Made by a program: the position numbers and the translations under genes. DNA of 64,000 nt from Corallochytrium limacisporum Hawaii (taxonomy: Eukaryota > Protista > Pluriformea), in contig PDIP01000130.1 in NCBI GenBank assembly GCA_002811645.1, positions 41,775 through 105,774 on the forward strand, read 5' to 3'. How positions within the stretch are numbered: position 1 is the stretch's first letter; every line of letters starts with the position of its first letter. This document shows, in pieces, positions 45,701 through 57,063 of the stretch. The notes under the pieces were generated by a model. It worked only from the letters and a program-made list of their open reading frames with translations. It did no database searches and was not told the DNA's origin.

Positions 45701-48700
45701 ACTGACTGACTAGACTCGCCCAGGAGATGGGGGGGTGGGTGGCGAGAGAGAGAGAGAGAGAAAAAAAAAGGAAAGAAAAAATGGGCCCGAAACGAAAAGA
45801 CACCAGCCTGAAAAGAACCGAACGATTAACCACGCACGTCACTGCGATAGTGCCACAACCAAGTCCACCCACCCCACCAGCTTTCTACCATGTGCGTAAC
45901 ACACCTTCATCACCTCACAATCGCTGCTCGAGCCAGCAGAGCAGAGGACACTGGAGGACAACTCATACTGTTTCTTCCAACGACCACTGCGGAGGAGGAG
46001 GAGGAGGTGGGGGGGGTGGACCGGCCCCACATCATCATCTCATCCGACATGCTGAGCGCAAACGGCAACACGCACCGAACACGCTTCACTGCTTGGTGTA
46101 TACACGTCGTCTTTTCAGTGGTGGGAGGATGCTCTGCATTGTAGTCCAGAGGCTTTTGCCAAAAAGGAAGCCCGCCCCGCGGAAAACAGCTCCACCTCGG
46201 CTCATGAGAGCACGACGCAGAATGACACACACAGAGATAGCGGGGCGTGCCCGTCGCCCATTTTCCGTTGTCAGAAATCACTGCGCAGTGGTGCCGATCC
46301 GGTCGACCCCTGAGGCCAGGACGCACTACAGCCGTGCCTGCGATCTTCACAAAACTGCTAGGGGAGCTTCGTACTCCTCTTTCTTACTCGGCTCTGGAAC
46401 ATGTACCGCTGTCCATACATAAATTACTGCGTTCTTTTCCGGGGATGGTTGGTTTGCGTCGCTTTCTTCGTCACCTCGGTTTTTTCTTGGCACTGGTGCG
46501 CACGGAAACCAGGCAGGAGTGAAGGAAGAATACCGTAAGAGAAAAAAAACCAGGGAGATACGCAAGACTAAAAGTCCCAGAAAAAAATAGCCTCCCACAA
46601 ATAAGGCGAGGGGGGGGGCCGGGGGCGGGGAGCGAGAGAGACGATAAAAGGGAGAAAAGGGGGGGTGGGGAACGGGAAAAAAAAACCAACGGAAAACCCG
46701 CATGCTTAACCGGTAGTAGCCAAATGATTTGTTGCCCGTTGTGTTTTTAATTTTATGGGTTTATTTCCTTTCGAGGCTCCTTTTGGTTTTTTTTTTCCCT
46801 TGGCTTGTCTCCGGTTCCCATCGGCAATTTCCATCTATGTCAGACGTTATTTCTTCCCGTCTCGCCCCTCATTCTTGAGGGGCGTGCAGGGCCCATACTT
46901 TGGGTACTGAAACCGGTCCCCTGTCTGTCTCCTTCGCAAGGACTGGCTCGACCTGGCAAACACCCCGCGGGACGTTACACGCGACCCGAAAACCGACAAA
47001 AAACCACTAGACGTACGCGCAAGATGGTTCTCCTCCTGCAACACTCGCGGACGTTCTGGGAACCAAGTGTTTATCTTGACCACTTGTTGTACCGTGCCAC
47101 AGCTGCGGCACACACGGATGAGCTGGGGCGACATGTTGCGCCGCCATCCCGACGATTGGCTGAGACGGAGGGGGACCAATTGTGTTGGTGCGTGGCTGGC
47201 CGTTCGATATCAGGCACGGACGAGGTCAGTACTGTCTGCGCTCTATGAGATATCCGTGTGCTGCTGTATGTCGCGCTCGTTGTATGCCTGGGCGACCCCG
47301 TCGTGCCATCGCCTGATATGTGCACTGCTCTGTTGTGTTTCTCGCTGCACATGGTGTTCGCAACCACGCACAATGATCTTTCGTCAGACGGAATTGATAG
47401 GCCTGTACTCTTTGGATTTCTCTCGTCCCCAGGGGTTGAAACTGAGCCTTTAAAGAACGTGGGCTCGTTTGTGTGTTGGGGCCATATCACTGATATGGTT
47501 TCCTTTGGGAAGGTTTTGGGGGCCATCATCATGCATTTTCCATACCAGGAAACAAAGTCTGTCACCGGGGCGTACAACCACTATGAGGTCTCTGCGAAGG
47601 AGGGTCATTGCTCAGCGTAATAGGGTTTTCAAATTTCTTGCAGGTATAGGACCATGCGAGTTCCAATGGAACTTGGTGGACTCGCATCACTTTCGCTGCT
47701 CCTAATGGATCACCGTGGACTTCTGCGCAACATAATTAACGGACACTGGACAATAGTAGACACCACACTCGCACTCAGGATGGTATCGTTCGACGGGTCA
47801 TGTTATACCGTCTTCATACAAAGCGAACTGCTGGAACCAGCTCAGCTGATCAGGGCTCGTAGATGCGATTTCTTTGAACTGTTTGTCCTCCACCTCATTC
47901 ACACCCTCATCATCGATAATCCGTACCTGAAGCATGTCATGGGCATGTCAATCTTCACCTGACTGGTGCAAAGGACAGCCGGGTGACTTTCTTGTCCATG
48001 GTTGGTGTGCCTCTGTTTCACACACCAAAACACGGCTTCCTTATCAAGAAAGCAAGATGGTGTGTTTATTGCAAAACAATGTGTTGTACGCCCCCTGATT
48101 ACACGGACTAAATGGTCTCCAAAGAGGCTGCCGATTGTCAGGGGACAAGGACGGACGGAGCGTCATCAGCAAGTGGCAGCTGGCCTGACCTCAAGACCAG
48201 AACCGACACCAGATGCACTGCGCACTGAAATGGACAACTCTCAGCAGCAGGCAAGCAAATAGGCAAACCTGACCGGGGCTCTTAAAAACAAAGTTCGTAC
48301 GTCATGTTTAGTCCCGGCCACCTGGAGCCTCAAGGTGACACTTCACTGCAGGATTGGCGCGCTCCCCTGCAGCAACCCGTACCGTACTCACACCAAGACC
48401 ATGGAAACCCTACCCCTCGGGGAAACCACATACTGACTATTTTGAAAACGTACACAATGCAATCGCAAAAAGTCAATGTAGAAATACGTACTCTTTGAAA
48501 TATGCAATGGTACATTCACTATGCAGTGATATTTTAGCGGAGGTGCTGACGGAACTCGACCCTTCCTTCCAGGGTTACTTTTTTTTTTTAATTGGAGACG
48601 GGCTGGGCTGGGCTGGCTGGCTAGAGCCTTTTAAACTCTCCTTCCTCTGCGCTTGCGGCAGGAGCAACGGATGATTGTCTTAAGATCTCCCTTGACTTTG

Positions 48701-50744
48701 TCTCTTGGTCGTTCTTGGCGGTTTCCCTGTTTTACTTTTGTTTTTTTTTTGCTTTGTTTCAATATTTGTTTCGCCCTTTGGGCACCCAGAACTAAGCAAA
48801 GTTTCTAGGGAAGTGGCGGGAAGGCCCCCAAAAAGAAAAAAAAAAGGAAAAACGGAGAAGCAAAATAACCAAGAGCGCAGTACACGCCAAGATTTTCACT
48901 CGACTACCTGCGCTGGGGAGGGAGTTCGGACCTAGGGCAACTCTGCGCGCGCCAAAAAAATTTAAATATAAACCCAAGAAACCAAACGGGCAAAAGCCCA
49001 AAGGGTCAGAGGCGCGCAGGTGCCAAGCGAGAACCACCCACACTTACCACCGAGACCAACGTCTGAGGCAGACACCAAACCCGGAGACCAAAAAAAGAAA
49101 CGGTTCTGAACGCGCCGGAAGGGGGGGGCCTTTCTTTATTTTTTTTTAGTGTTTAAAAATAAAATTCAATCGTGGGCGAATGGTGGGGGTTCTTAAATAG
49201 GTCTCGGTATTCTGTGTATATTCTCTGATGTGGCCCTTTGTATGCTTTCATTGCGACTCTAATTTTGGATTGTTATTTTTTTTATCTCCAGCCCAGATCG
49301 TCGGGACGCTTTCTTTATGTGTGTGTGTGTATTTAATTTTTAATTGGGGAGCGCAAGAGCGCTCTACCTTTTGCCCATTTCATTTTTTTTAGTTCTCGTT
49401 TTCTTTTTTATTTCCCCTTGTTTCGACCGCACCGGGAGGTGGTGACTGTGGAGAGGAAGAGGGGTTGGTTGTGTGGGGTGAGGGAGGGGGGGGGGGCCAA
49501 AATTAACTGTGCCTTAGATTGCAGAGAAATCGCACTCCCCGGAACGGGTCCCGAATGGGCCCAAAAAATAGAAAGCATCGGCGGTTTCTTTCATTTTTTT
49601 CTTTGGGCACCCAAGAGAGGCCGAAGTTGACAACCGAAAAAAGCTCGGGGCACAACGGCCCCCCCCTTCTTCTCTTCTTCTACCTTAGCTCCCGCCTCCC
49701 ACCACCACCACCCAACCCACACACGGCCAGCGGGCCGTAGCGGGGCCCCCCTACGCCCAAAAAAAAAAAGAATGGAAGGGAACGAGATAGGGACGGCGGC
49801 GGTGCAAATGTTAGCCAGGCCACCACAAAAAACCCCGGGGGGAGGGNNNNNNNNNNNNNNNNNNNNNNNNNNNNNNNNNNNNNNNNNNNNNNNNNNNNNN
49901 NNNNNNNNNNNNNNNNNNNNNNNNNNNNNNNNNNNNNNNNNNNNNNNNNNNNNNNNNNNNNNNNNNNNNNNNNNNNNNNNNNNNNNNNNNNNNNNNNNNN
50001 NNNNNNNNNNNNNNNNNNNNNNNNNNNNNNNNNNNNNNNNNNNNNNNNNNNNNNNNNNNNNNNNNNNNNNNNNNNNNNNNNNNNNNNNNNNNNNNNNNNN
50101 NNNNNNNNNNNNNNNNNNNNNNNNNNNNNNNNNNGATCTTTGGAAACATGTCTTGTCTGTGTCTCAGACCTTCGTTCGATACTCGCAGGTGTGCTTCACC
50201 AGTGCTGGCTGACCGTAAACCACGGCAGAAACAAGAGGTGCAAATCCTCTTCTTCATGGGATTATTTGACAATACCAATCCACGTACGGACACATAAATC
50301 TAACAACAGAGTAAGAATTATTCTCCGGGTCCATCTGGTTTGCAGCTTGTCCTGACGGTAAGGTATTTTGGTCATGGCCCCACACTAATTAACCACAGGG
50401 CACAAACAAAGTTTACACACACTATTCATGGACCTTGTGAACTCGATCTCTTATCACGGATACACTCAGGTAGTTGTCCGAACTTGTAATTGTTTACTGT
50501 GGGAGACGAACAAAGTTCAGTGGATATTTTCGACGCTTCGGGGCGTTGACGACACAAGAAAGGCAAATCATAACAGCCGGAGAAAACCAACGGGTAGCAC
50601 TGATTATACCACACATAGAAAGCATGTAACGCGAGAAAAAGAACAAGTTCACAGAAAAAGTCGCGACAAACGAGCAGTCACTTTTTGCGAACGGAACCAC
50701 GGAAAACCAGAACCCACTGTACACGCAAAATAACGGGGGATTTA

Positions 50745-51884
50745 ATGGCTGACGCTGTCGTTCAGCAGCCCCTGCCGTCAAGTACATCAAAGGACCCATT
50801 GTTGCCTCGGGCACAGGGAGGAGCAGCTGGCACAGGACCCTACAATACAATGTCTGTGGAGGCAACTAGCAACGACAATGGGAAAGCTAATTCGAACGGT
50901 CTACTAGTCAATAACGGGATCGTGACCAATGAGCATAGCAACAACAGCACCTCCGGAATGGACGACGCCAACACAATCAATCCTGAGGGGAGAACAGATT
51001 CTAATGACTTGCTTCAAACCAACGATAGTAACAGCCATGTGAACTACTCCCCTCCGGGCAACATTATCACACAAGTCCAGCAGGATGGCACGCCGATGCC
51101 GCAGCCTGGCGTGACCATTACGTCTACCGAAAATATCATTACTTCGCCACTGACGGACGACTATGCTGGAGGGTCTGGGCAACACCACATGCACGACCGC
51201 GCCGTGTCGAGTCGGTTCCGCAGTTTTGTGAATTCGCTGCTGTGCTGTCTGGGTACGCAAAAGCCGCACTCGTCGCTACACGACTTTGCGCGGCAGAGCA
51301 CGGTTGAGGCAGAGCCAACGCTGCCAGAGGGCCACTTGCTCTCACCCCAGACTCCGCGGGTCGCCGGGAAAAAGTGCCTGGTCTTGGATCTCGACGAGAC
51401 GCTGGTCCATTCAAGCTTCAAGCCTGTCGGTAACCCGAATTTTATCATTCCCGTCAATATTGATGACAATGTGTACAATGTGTACGTCACGAAGCGGCCG
51501 CACGTCGACGAATTTCTGGCCAGGGTCAGCAAGCTCTATGAGGTGGTCATGTTCACGGCGTCGCTGTCAAAGTACGCGGACCCGGTCTGCGACATGCTCG
51601 ACCAGGAGGGTGTGTTTAGTCACCGCCTGTTTCGTGAGTCTTGCGTGTTTTACAAGGGCACTTACGTCAAAGACTTGAACCGCCTGGGACGGAATCTCCA
51701 GCATACCATCATTATCGACAACTCTCCCATGTCGTACATCCTGAACCCGGACAATGCGATCCCGATCACCTCCTGGTTCACCGACATGGATGACCGCGAG
51801 TTGCTGGACCTGATTCCTCTGCTTGAAGAGCTAGAAAAGGCTGAAGACGTCATGCCTATCCTGGCCATGTCATGTGAAGGGTGA
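50745..51884 (+). CDS. CTDSP1: CTD small phosphatase (SCP/Psr1; FCP1-like HAD)
   Basis: [36 protein letters not shown] and IIIDNSP, with an upstream LLCCL palmitoylation-type motif. First ATG is at 50745. Confidence 0.93.
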   Translation: MADAVVQQPLPSSTSKDPLLPRAQGGAAGTGPYNTMSVEATSNDNGKANSNGLLVNNGIVTNEHSNNSTSGMDDANTINPEGRTDSNDLLQTNDSNSHVNYSPPGNIITQVQQDGTPMPQPGVTITSTENIITSPLTDDYAGGSGQHHMHDRAVSSRFRSFVNSLLCCLGTQKPHSSLHDFARQSTVEAEPTLPEGHLLSPQTPRVAGKKCLVLDLDETLVHSSFKPVGNPNFIIPVNIDDNVYNVYVTKRPHVDEFLARVSKLYEVVMFTASLSKYADPVCDMLDQEGVFSHRLFRESCVFYKGTYVKDLNRLGRNLQHTIIIDNSPMSYILNPDNAIPITSWFTDMDDRELLDLIPLLEELEKAEDVMPILAMSCEG

Positions 51885-52177
51885 TGGTTTGTCAACTGCT
51901 GGGTTCGTGTAATTCCCCATGGTTCCCTCAATGAGCAGCCACTACAGATCCTGCACACGTTTTCCCATAGCCCATTGTCCATCATCGCTTTAAAATGCTT
52001 TGAAGGCACGGAAAAAGAAAAGTTTATAGTCAGCCACAGCATTGTCTTGGCGAATACCATCTTTGTGTACAAACTTAACACCCCCGTTGATGCCAGCAAA
52101 GCAACAAAAGCAACATCAGCTACGCGTTGTTAGGTACAAGAACACAAAAAGCGCACTCGCCTTACCCATAATCACCA

Positions 52178-52274
52178 ACGAATACAATGGTTTAGTTATA
52201 CAATCTGATTCCGGATACAACGCTCTGGTTGTACAATCTGGTTACCTACGAATACAATGCTTTAGTTATACAAT
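52178..52274. repeat. Degenerate tandem repeat (about 35-nt period) between convergent genes
   Basis: ACGAATACAATG(G/C)TTTAGTTATACAAT at 52178 and 52248 (26 of 27 nt identical), with a diverged copy between them. Confidence 0.8.
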
Positions 52275-52364
52275 TATGAAATGCCGGATATCGTGTGGTA
52301 CCCCTTAAATGGGATTGCGCGTGCGCGCGCGCGCGCGTATGTGTGTGCGTGTGTGTGTGTTTCT

Positions 52365-52904
52365 TTAGGCGGACGCTGCCTCACGGCGTTTCCGCACATC
52401 CCAGTTGTAAACACGGGCCATGTTGACCTCCATGGTGGTGATTTGTTCCTTCAGGTAGCCCATTTCGTTCTCGACCTCTTCCAACTTCTCCTCCGCAGTG
52501 GCCTTATTTCTTTCGAGTAGGGACTGGGCCTCCTCCTGTGTGTACTCGAGCATGACGTTGGCACCTAGCCACAGGCATACGCTTTCGGACGGTTTGACCT
52601 CTGCCTGGCTCCAGCAGTTGGAGGTGAGCTGGAAGTTAACGTCCGCTGTATCCTTGCCGGCCTCGTTGAGCTTGCGCAACTGCATGATGGCGTCGAGGGC
52701 GCCCTGAATCTCCGGAATCTTCTTTTTCAGGTTGTTGCGGCGCTGCACGATGTTGATTTCCATAAACTTGTATTTTTGGTACATCTCGTCCATACCGCGC
52801 AGCACATCCTCAGCGGACCCGCGCTCTGCCATGTACTTGTCCAGGTCATCCGGAAACGGGGCCTCCGGGATGCCCATCACAGCCGATTTATTTTCCTCCG
52901 ACAT
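52365..52904 (-). CDS. VBP1: Prefoldin subunit 3
   Basis: GIPEAPF, YQKYKFME, VCLWLGANVMLEY and QITTMEVNMARVYNWDV. Confidence 0.96.
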   Translation of the reverse strand: MSEENKSAVMGIPEAPFPDDLDKYMAERGSAEDVLRGMDEMYQKYKFMEINIVQRRNNLKKKIPEIQGALDAIMQLRKLNEAGKDTADVNFQLTSNCWSQAEVKPSESVCLWLGANVMLEYTQEEAQSLLERNKATAEEKLEEVENEMGYLKEQITTMEVNMARVYNWDVRKRREAASA

Positions 52905-53091
52905 ACTGCTTAAACGTTGTGGAAACACTGATCTTTCTGAACAACACACTCAGTTTCCAGTCCGAACTGGACTTATTGTATTGTTTTCCTTTCCTCGCCT
53001 TTGGTACCTTTTACTATCCGCTGTGGATTCAATTGGGTACGGAGTGCTGGGCACTCAGCAGCTCAGCATCGAAAAAGCACAAAACCCTGGT

Positions 53092-53092
<1 letters not shown>

Positions 53093-53152
<60 letters not shown>
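53093..53152. repeat. (CA)30 microsatellite upstream of prefoldin 3
   Basis: Uninterrupted CA run read directly from the sequence. Confidence 0.97.
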
Positions 53153-53153
<1 letters not shown>

Positions 53154-53850
53154 CCGCTGTGTTGCATACAAAGGGTGGATGGTAACACTCGGTGGAGCCT
53201 TTTTTTTTGTCTTTCTTTGGCATTGGCTTTTTCTCTGCGTCTTCCATGGGCGTCGTCGTGCCGAGGCCCCCAGGAGGGGGGGGGGGTTCAGTCCCCTCGG
53301 GTGTGTGCGTTGTTGTGCGTGTGTGTGTGATACTGCCAGCCAGCCAATCCCGAAAACAAAAGCGGCGAGGCGGGGAAGGGACCGGGCAGAGAGCGCGAAA
53401 GCGCGGCCATTTGGGCATTTTTACTATTCTCTCTGTCTCTGGTCTCTCTCTAGATTCTAAGAAAACAAAAAAGAAAAGGTTGAAGGAAATAGGCCCCGGA
53501 TTTGCCCCCTCCCCCTTCCTAACAAATTTGGAAACCCGCGTAGGGAACACAATGCCTTACGGGTCTAACCATTTCGGTGGAAACCACGGAGAAGGAAAAC
53601 TTATTGGGCACAGCCCAAAGGAGAAAGTACGATCAAAGAATTAAGTCCCGAGAAACCACAAACGAGGCACCAATACCACGGCTTGCGCAGTTTCTCCAGC
53701 ATGACCATGACTCTACTAGTGCATGTATTCTGGAGCAGGTATTTCGGAATAGTCAGGAGGGATCCAACCATGGACAGGTCTCCGAGCACCAATGAAACAG
53801 CGTCTTCGATCGGTCAAAGTGACAGGTCTGCAGACAAGAGTTAGTGTACC

Positions 53851-54501
53851 ATGGCACTTCCACCACAGTATGAGGCACCACGGCAGGAAAAGACCGCCAA
53901 AGTGCGGGAAGAATTGCAAAAGTTTGTCAATTCGGAGGCCGGCAAGCAATACTTTATGACCAGTTTCCAGTCACAGTGGTTTGCGCCCGGATGGTGTGGT
54001 CCGGCAATTCACCCGAGGTTCGAAGTTCGGGACAAACAGGCAATGGAAACGTTTGCCACCAGCGGTCTGCCGGCCACTCTGGAGAAGCAGGGCCTGCAGG
54101 TGTCTGCCGAGCTGACGGCTACCCTGCTTACCATGCTCGAGGATACGGATGTCCACATTGACGATGAGAAGACCACGGAGCGCGGTGTGGACGTCTTCCT
54201 CAAGCCTCAATGTGGACACCACGACCCCGAAGAACTGGCAGTTGATGATGACCAGGAAGACGGTACACCAGCCTGCACGCACCCGATCCACATAGCGCTG
54301 GCCAAGCTACAAAAGGCCTTGATGACTGCGACACACGCACCCACAGCTACTCGCGTGCAGCACGCCGCAGAACTACTCCTGGCCTACCGCACGCAGGTAC
54401 CGCGCTTGGCCTCATACTGCCTAGGCGACGCGAAATGCTACAGCGCTGATTTCCAGTCACATCACGACGCCATTGTCAAGGCCATCAATGGAGAACAGTA
54501 A
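53851..54501 (+). CDS. Orphan protein, 216 aa
   Basis: accATGg start, coding-like codon usage and an A/T-rich 3' flank; no recognised domain. Confidence 0.7.
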   Translation: MALPPQYEAPRQEKTAKVREELQKFVNSEAGKQYFMTSFQSQWFAPGWCGPAIHPRFEVRDKQAMETFATSGLPATLEKQGLQVSAELTATLLTMLEDTDVHIDDEKTTERGVDVFLKPQCGHHDPEELAVDDDQEDGTPACTHPIHIALAKLQKALMTATHAPTATRVQHAAELLLAYRTQVPRLASYCLGDAKCYSADFQSHHDAIVKAINGEQ

Positions 54502-54910
54502 AAACATGACCAGAGAGCACAAAACCCCCAGAAGGCGCCACATTAAAGCAAGCCAAACAAGAAAGCCACATGTATGGTGCAAAACTACGACTAGTGTTGT
54601 TTTTATGCCTTTTGTTTTCTTCATGCTGAAAACAAAAAAAAAAATAGGAAATGATGAATAATATTTGAGAAAAGTATTTTGATATGCAGTGAGCGAGAGG
54701 ATTGAAAAAAGAAAAAAGAAGGAATCAAGAAAGCGGGCGAGCGAGCGACATGGTCATGTTCCAAATCTTCTTCGCTGGCACACTTGTCCTTCTCCGTCTT
54801 TAATCCCTAATTCCCGCCGAAATGAAAAATCTTAATCTACCCGTTACTTGTATGTAAGTCTTTGTCCCATGATAAACTTTGAAAAATCTTTCAGACAGAT
54901 TCTCAAAAAT

Positions 54911-55255
54911 CTACTTGCGCTGGGCACCCTGCTTGTCACCGGGGCGAGGACGGAAACGAGGAGGAGGGTCACGGTTGCGGCGACCCTCGCGGCTGCGGAC
55001 ACGCACAATCTTGGAGTGAATGGCGGCAGAGATGCTGTAGTAGACCTTGCGGTAGATCTTGGGCACAGAGTATCCCTCGTACACGGAAGCCTCCTGCAAA
55101 TCACGCAAACTGCTGGCGTCGACGACATTGCGGATAATGTAGCGCTTGATGGCCTTGTCCTTGGGCACCATGGCACCAGAGGACTCGCAGCGCACACGTT
55201 TCACGCGGCCACGGCCAGACTTGTTACGTCCATTGTTACGGCGCTTCTTGGTCAT
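54911..55255 (-). CDS. RPS26: 40S ribosomal protein eS26, zinc-finger-deficient variant
   Basis: [29 protein letters not shown] and PPPRF; only one Cys remains. Confidence 0.97.
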   Translation of the reverse strand: MTKKRRNNGRNKSGRGRVKRVRCESSGAMVPKDKAIKRYIIRNVVDASSLRDLQEASVYEGYSVPKIYRKVYYSISAAIHSKIVRVRSREGRRNRDPPPRFRPRPGDKQGAQRK

Positions 55256-56033
55256 GATTAACTAACCCGGATTCAAACAATATTATCTGAGTGTCAAACC
55301 GTGGGTACAATGGTTTAAAATTTGGAACTGTAGATTACATGTACCTCATTATGTAGCTTGCATATATCTGTACTATCCGGGTTTCGTGCTCTATCCCGAT
55401 ATTACGGAAGTTTTCTATTATGACTGTACGTCGCATTCAACAATGAAGCCCCCCGATAGCTGGGGTTCTCGTCTCCAAAATGTTGGAACATTGGACAGGG
55501 GAGCGCAAGGCTACGGAAGCCCAAAACCGGTGGCTCAGCCACCGGCCCCTTTCACTTTTGGGCAGGCGTCGTCCACCCATAGGTTTTGGCCCGGTATACC
55601 AACTCCCCTTCCCCCACCCTTCCCATGTTTAAAAACTTCGCCGGGAACGGGACACCCACTGGTGGGTGCTACCTGCGCCACATATTCACTATATGGATCT
55701 GGTACATGAGGTCGTTGCAGTATATTCAATATAGAACATCCCTGGCCGAGGGCCCACCGTCAATTCGGTCGAAAATAAAGAAATTTGTAAGAATGGCCAA
55801 AACTTTTCCTGCTCTGGTCCCCATCAAAAACTTGTGTGTGTTTTTGTCCTTTTTTCATCCACAATTTCCCAACACGAAATATTTGTGTGTGTTTTCTTCT
55901 TTTTCTTCGGTTTCCGCCCCCCCCCCCCAACCCCCTTCCCCAATAACACATACTGACATGTACGAAATTATCCACAACAATGAATATATATATTAATTTT
56001 TCAGCAAGTGGTTACGTACCGCGCTTATACACA

Positions 56034-56115
56034 GACAACGTGCCCGAGTGGTTATGGGGTTTGGCTGCTAACCAAATGTGCTTCGCACGCCAGGGTTCGA
56101 ATCCCTGCGTTGTCG
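56034..56115 (+). tRNA. tRNA-Ser(GCT), intronless; CCA follows at 56116-56118
   Basis: Acceptor GACAACG/CGTTGTC; anticodon stem TTTGG/CCAAA with loop CT-GCT-AA; long variable arm GTGC-TTC-GCAC; T-arm CAGGG-TTCGAAT-CCCTG; discriminator G; oligo-T terminator from 56123. Confidence 0.96.
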
Positions 56116-56520
56116 CCAGGTCTTTTTTTTTTATTTTTTATTTTTTTTGCACTTGACAAGTCCCGTTTGGTGCCAATTATCACTCTGTGTATCATGCTGG
56201 CTCCATGTTGCTGCATGTCCGAGTCTGATCANNNNNNNNNNNNNNNNNNNNNNNNNNNNNNNNNNNNNNNNNNNNNNNNNNNNNNNNNNNNNNNNNNNNN
56301 NNNNNNNNNNNNNNNNNNNNNNNNNNNNNNNGGGGGAGGGAGCGAGTGTACAAGTGGGTTTTTCTCTTTTCTTTTTCTTTGTGGGGGGGGGGGTGCGTCT
56401 GTGGGACGGGGTATCATAGGCCAACGGATTCAGAGCAGTTCACTACCGTGCTTGGGTGAGGGCGCGAAGATCTTGACAATGGGGTCTCAATGCTCGAGGT
56501 TTCCAAGCCAAAAATAATAA

Positions 56521-56662
56521 GGTTCGAATCCCTGCGTTGTCGCCAGGTCTTTTTATTATTTTTTTTTATTTTTTTTTTTGCACTTGACAAGTCCCGTTTG
56601 GTGCCAATTATCACTCTGTGTATCATGCTGGCTCCATGTTGCTGCATGTCCGAGTCTGATCA
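56521..56662 (+). repeat. Direct repeat of 56094-56231 (tRNA-Ser T-arm and 3' end plus downstream flank)
   Basis: GGTTCGAATCCCTGCGTTGTCGCCAGG...GAGTCTGATCA occurs twice, differing only in the T tract. Confidence 0.9.
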
Positions 56663-57063
56663 GTTTCCAGATGAGCCCAGCAGATATTGGTTCGACATTG
56701 TTCCGACCCAATCGATTTCTCGGCTAAAGGTTGGGGGGGGGGGGCGAGTGCACTGCGCACTGAAGGGCGGCCAGGGAGAGAGGAGAGGTTTTTTTCCTTT
56801 TTTTTTTTTTTCTGAAACACGGATGCACTTGAGTTTGTCCCCTCTGATCAATTCGACTGTGGAATTTTGAAGGGGGTCGAAGGTGAAATTGTGGTCCTTT
56901 TCTTCATTTCACTATAGAGTCCTCAAAGCCGCGAAGAACTTGAGAATAAGGGAGCCGGGGGGAGGGGGAGGGGCGCCGCAGGAAACGCGGGTCTCACCCC
57001 GCACCTGGAGGATGAGACTACCGTGCCCATCGACGCCAGCATGATGTGTGACTAGATTCAAAT

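Noticed and set aside
51885-52133. About 82 open codons after the CTD phosphatase TGA (possible readthrough or Sec)
   Set aside because: The domain is already complete, the TGA-T context is not leaky, no SECIS is evident, and one such run among about 20 genes is plausible by chance.
52178-52274. CRISPR-like repeat-spacer reading of the 27-nt repeat
   Set aside because: Only two good copies, the 'spacer' is itself a degenerate copy, there are no cas genes and the context is eukaryotic.
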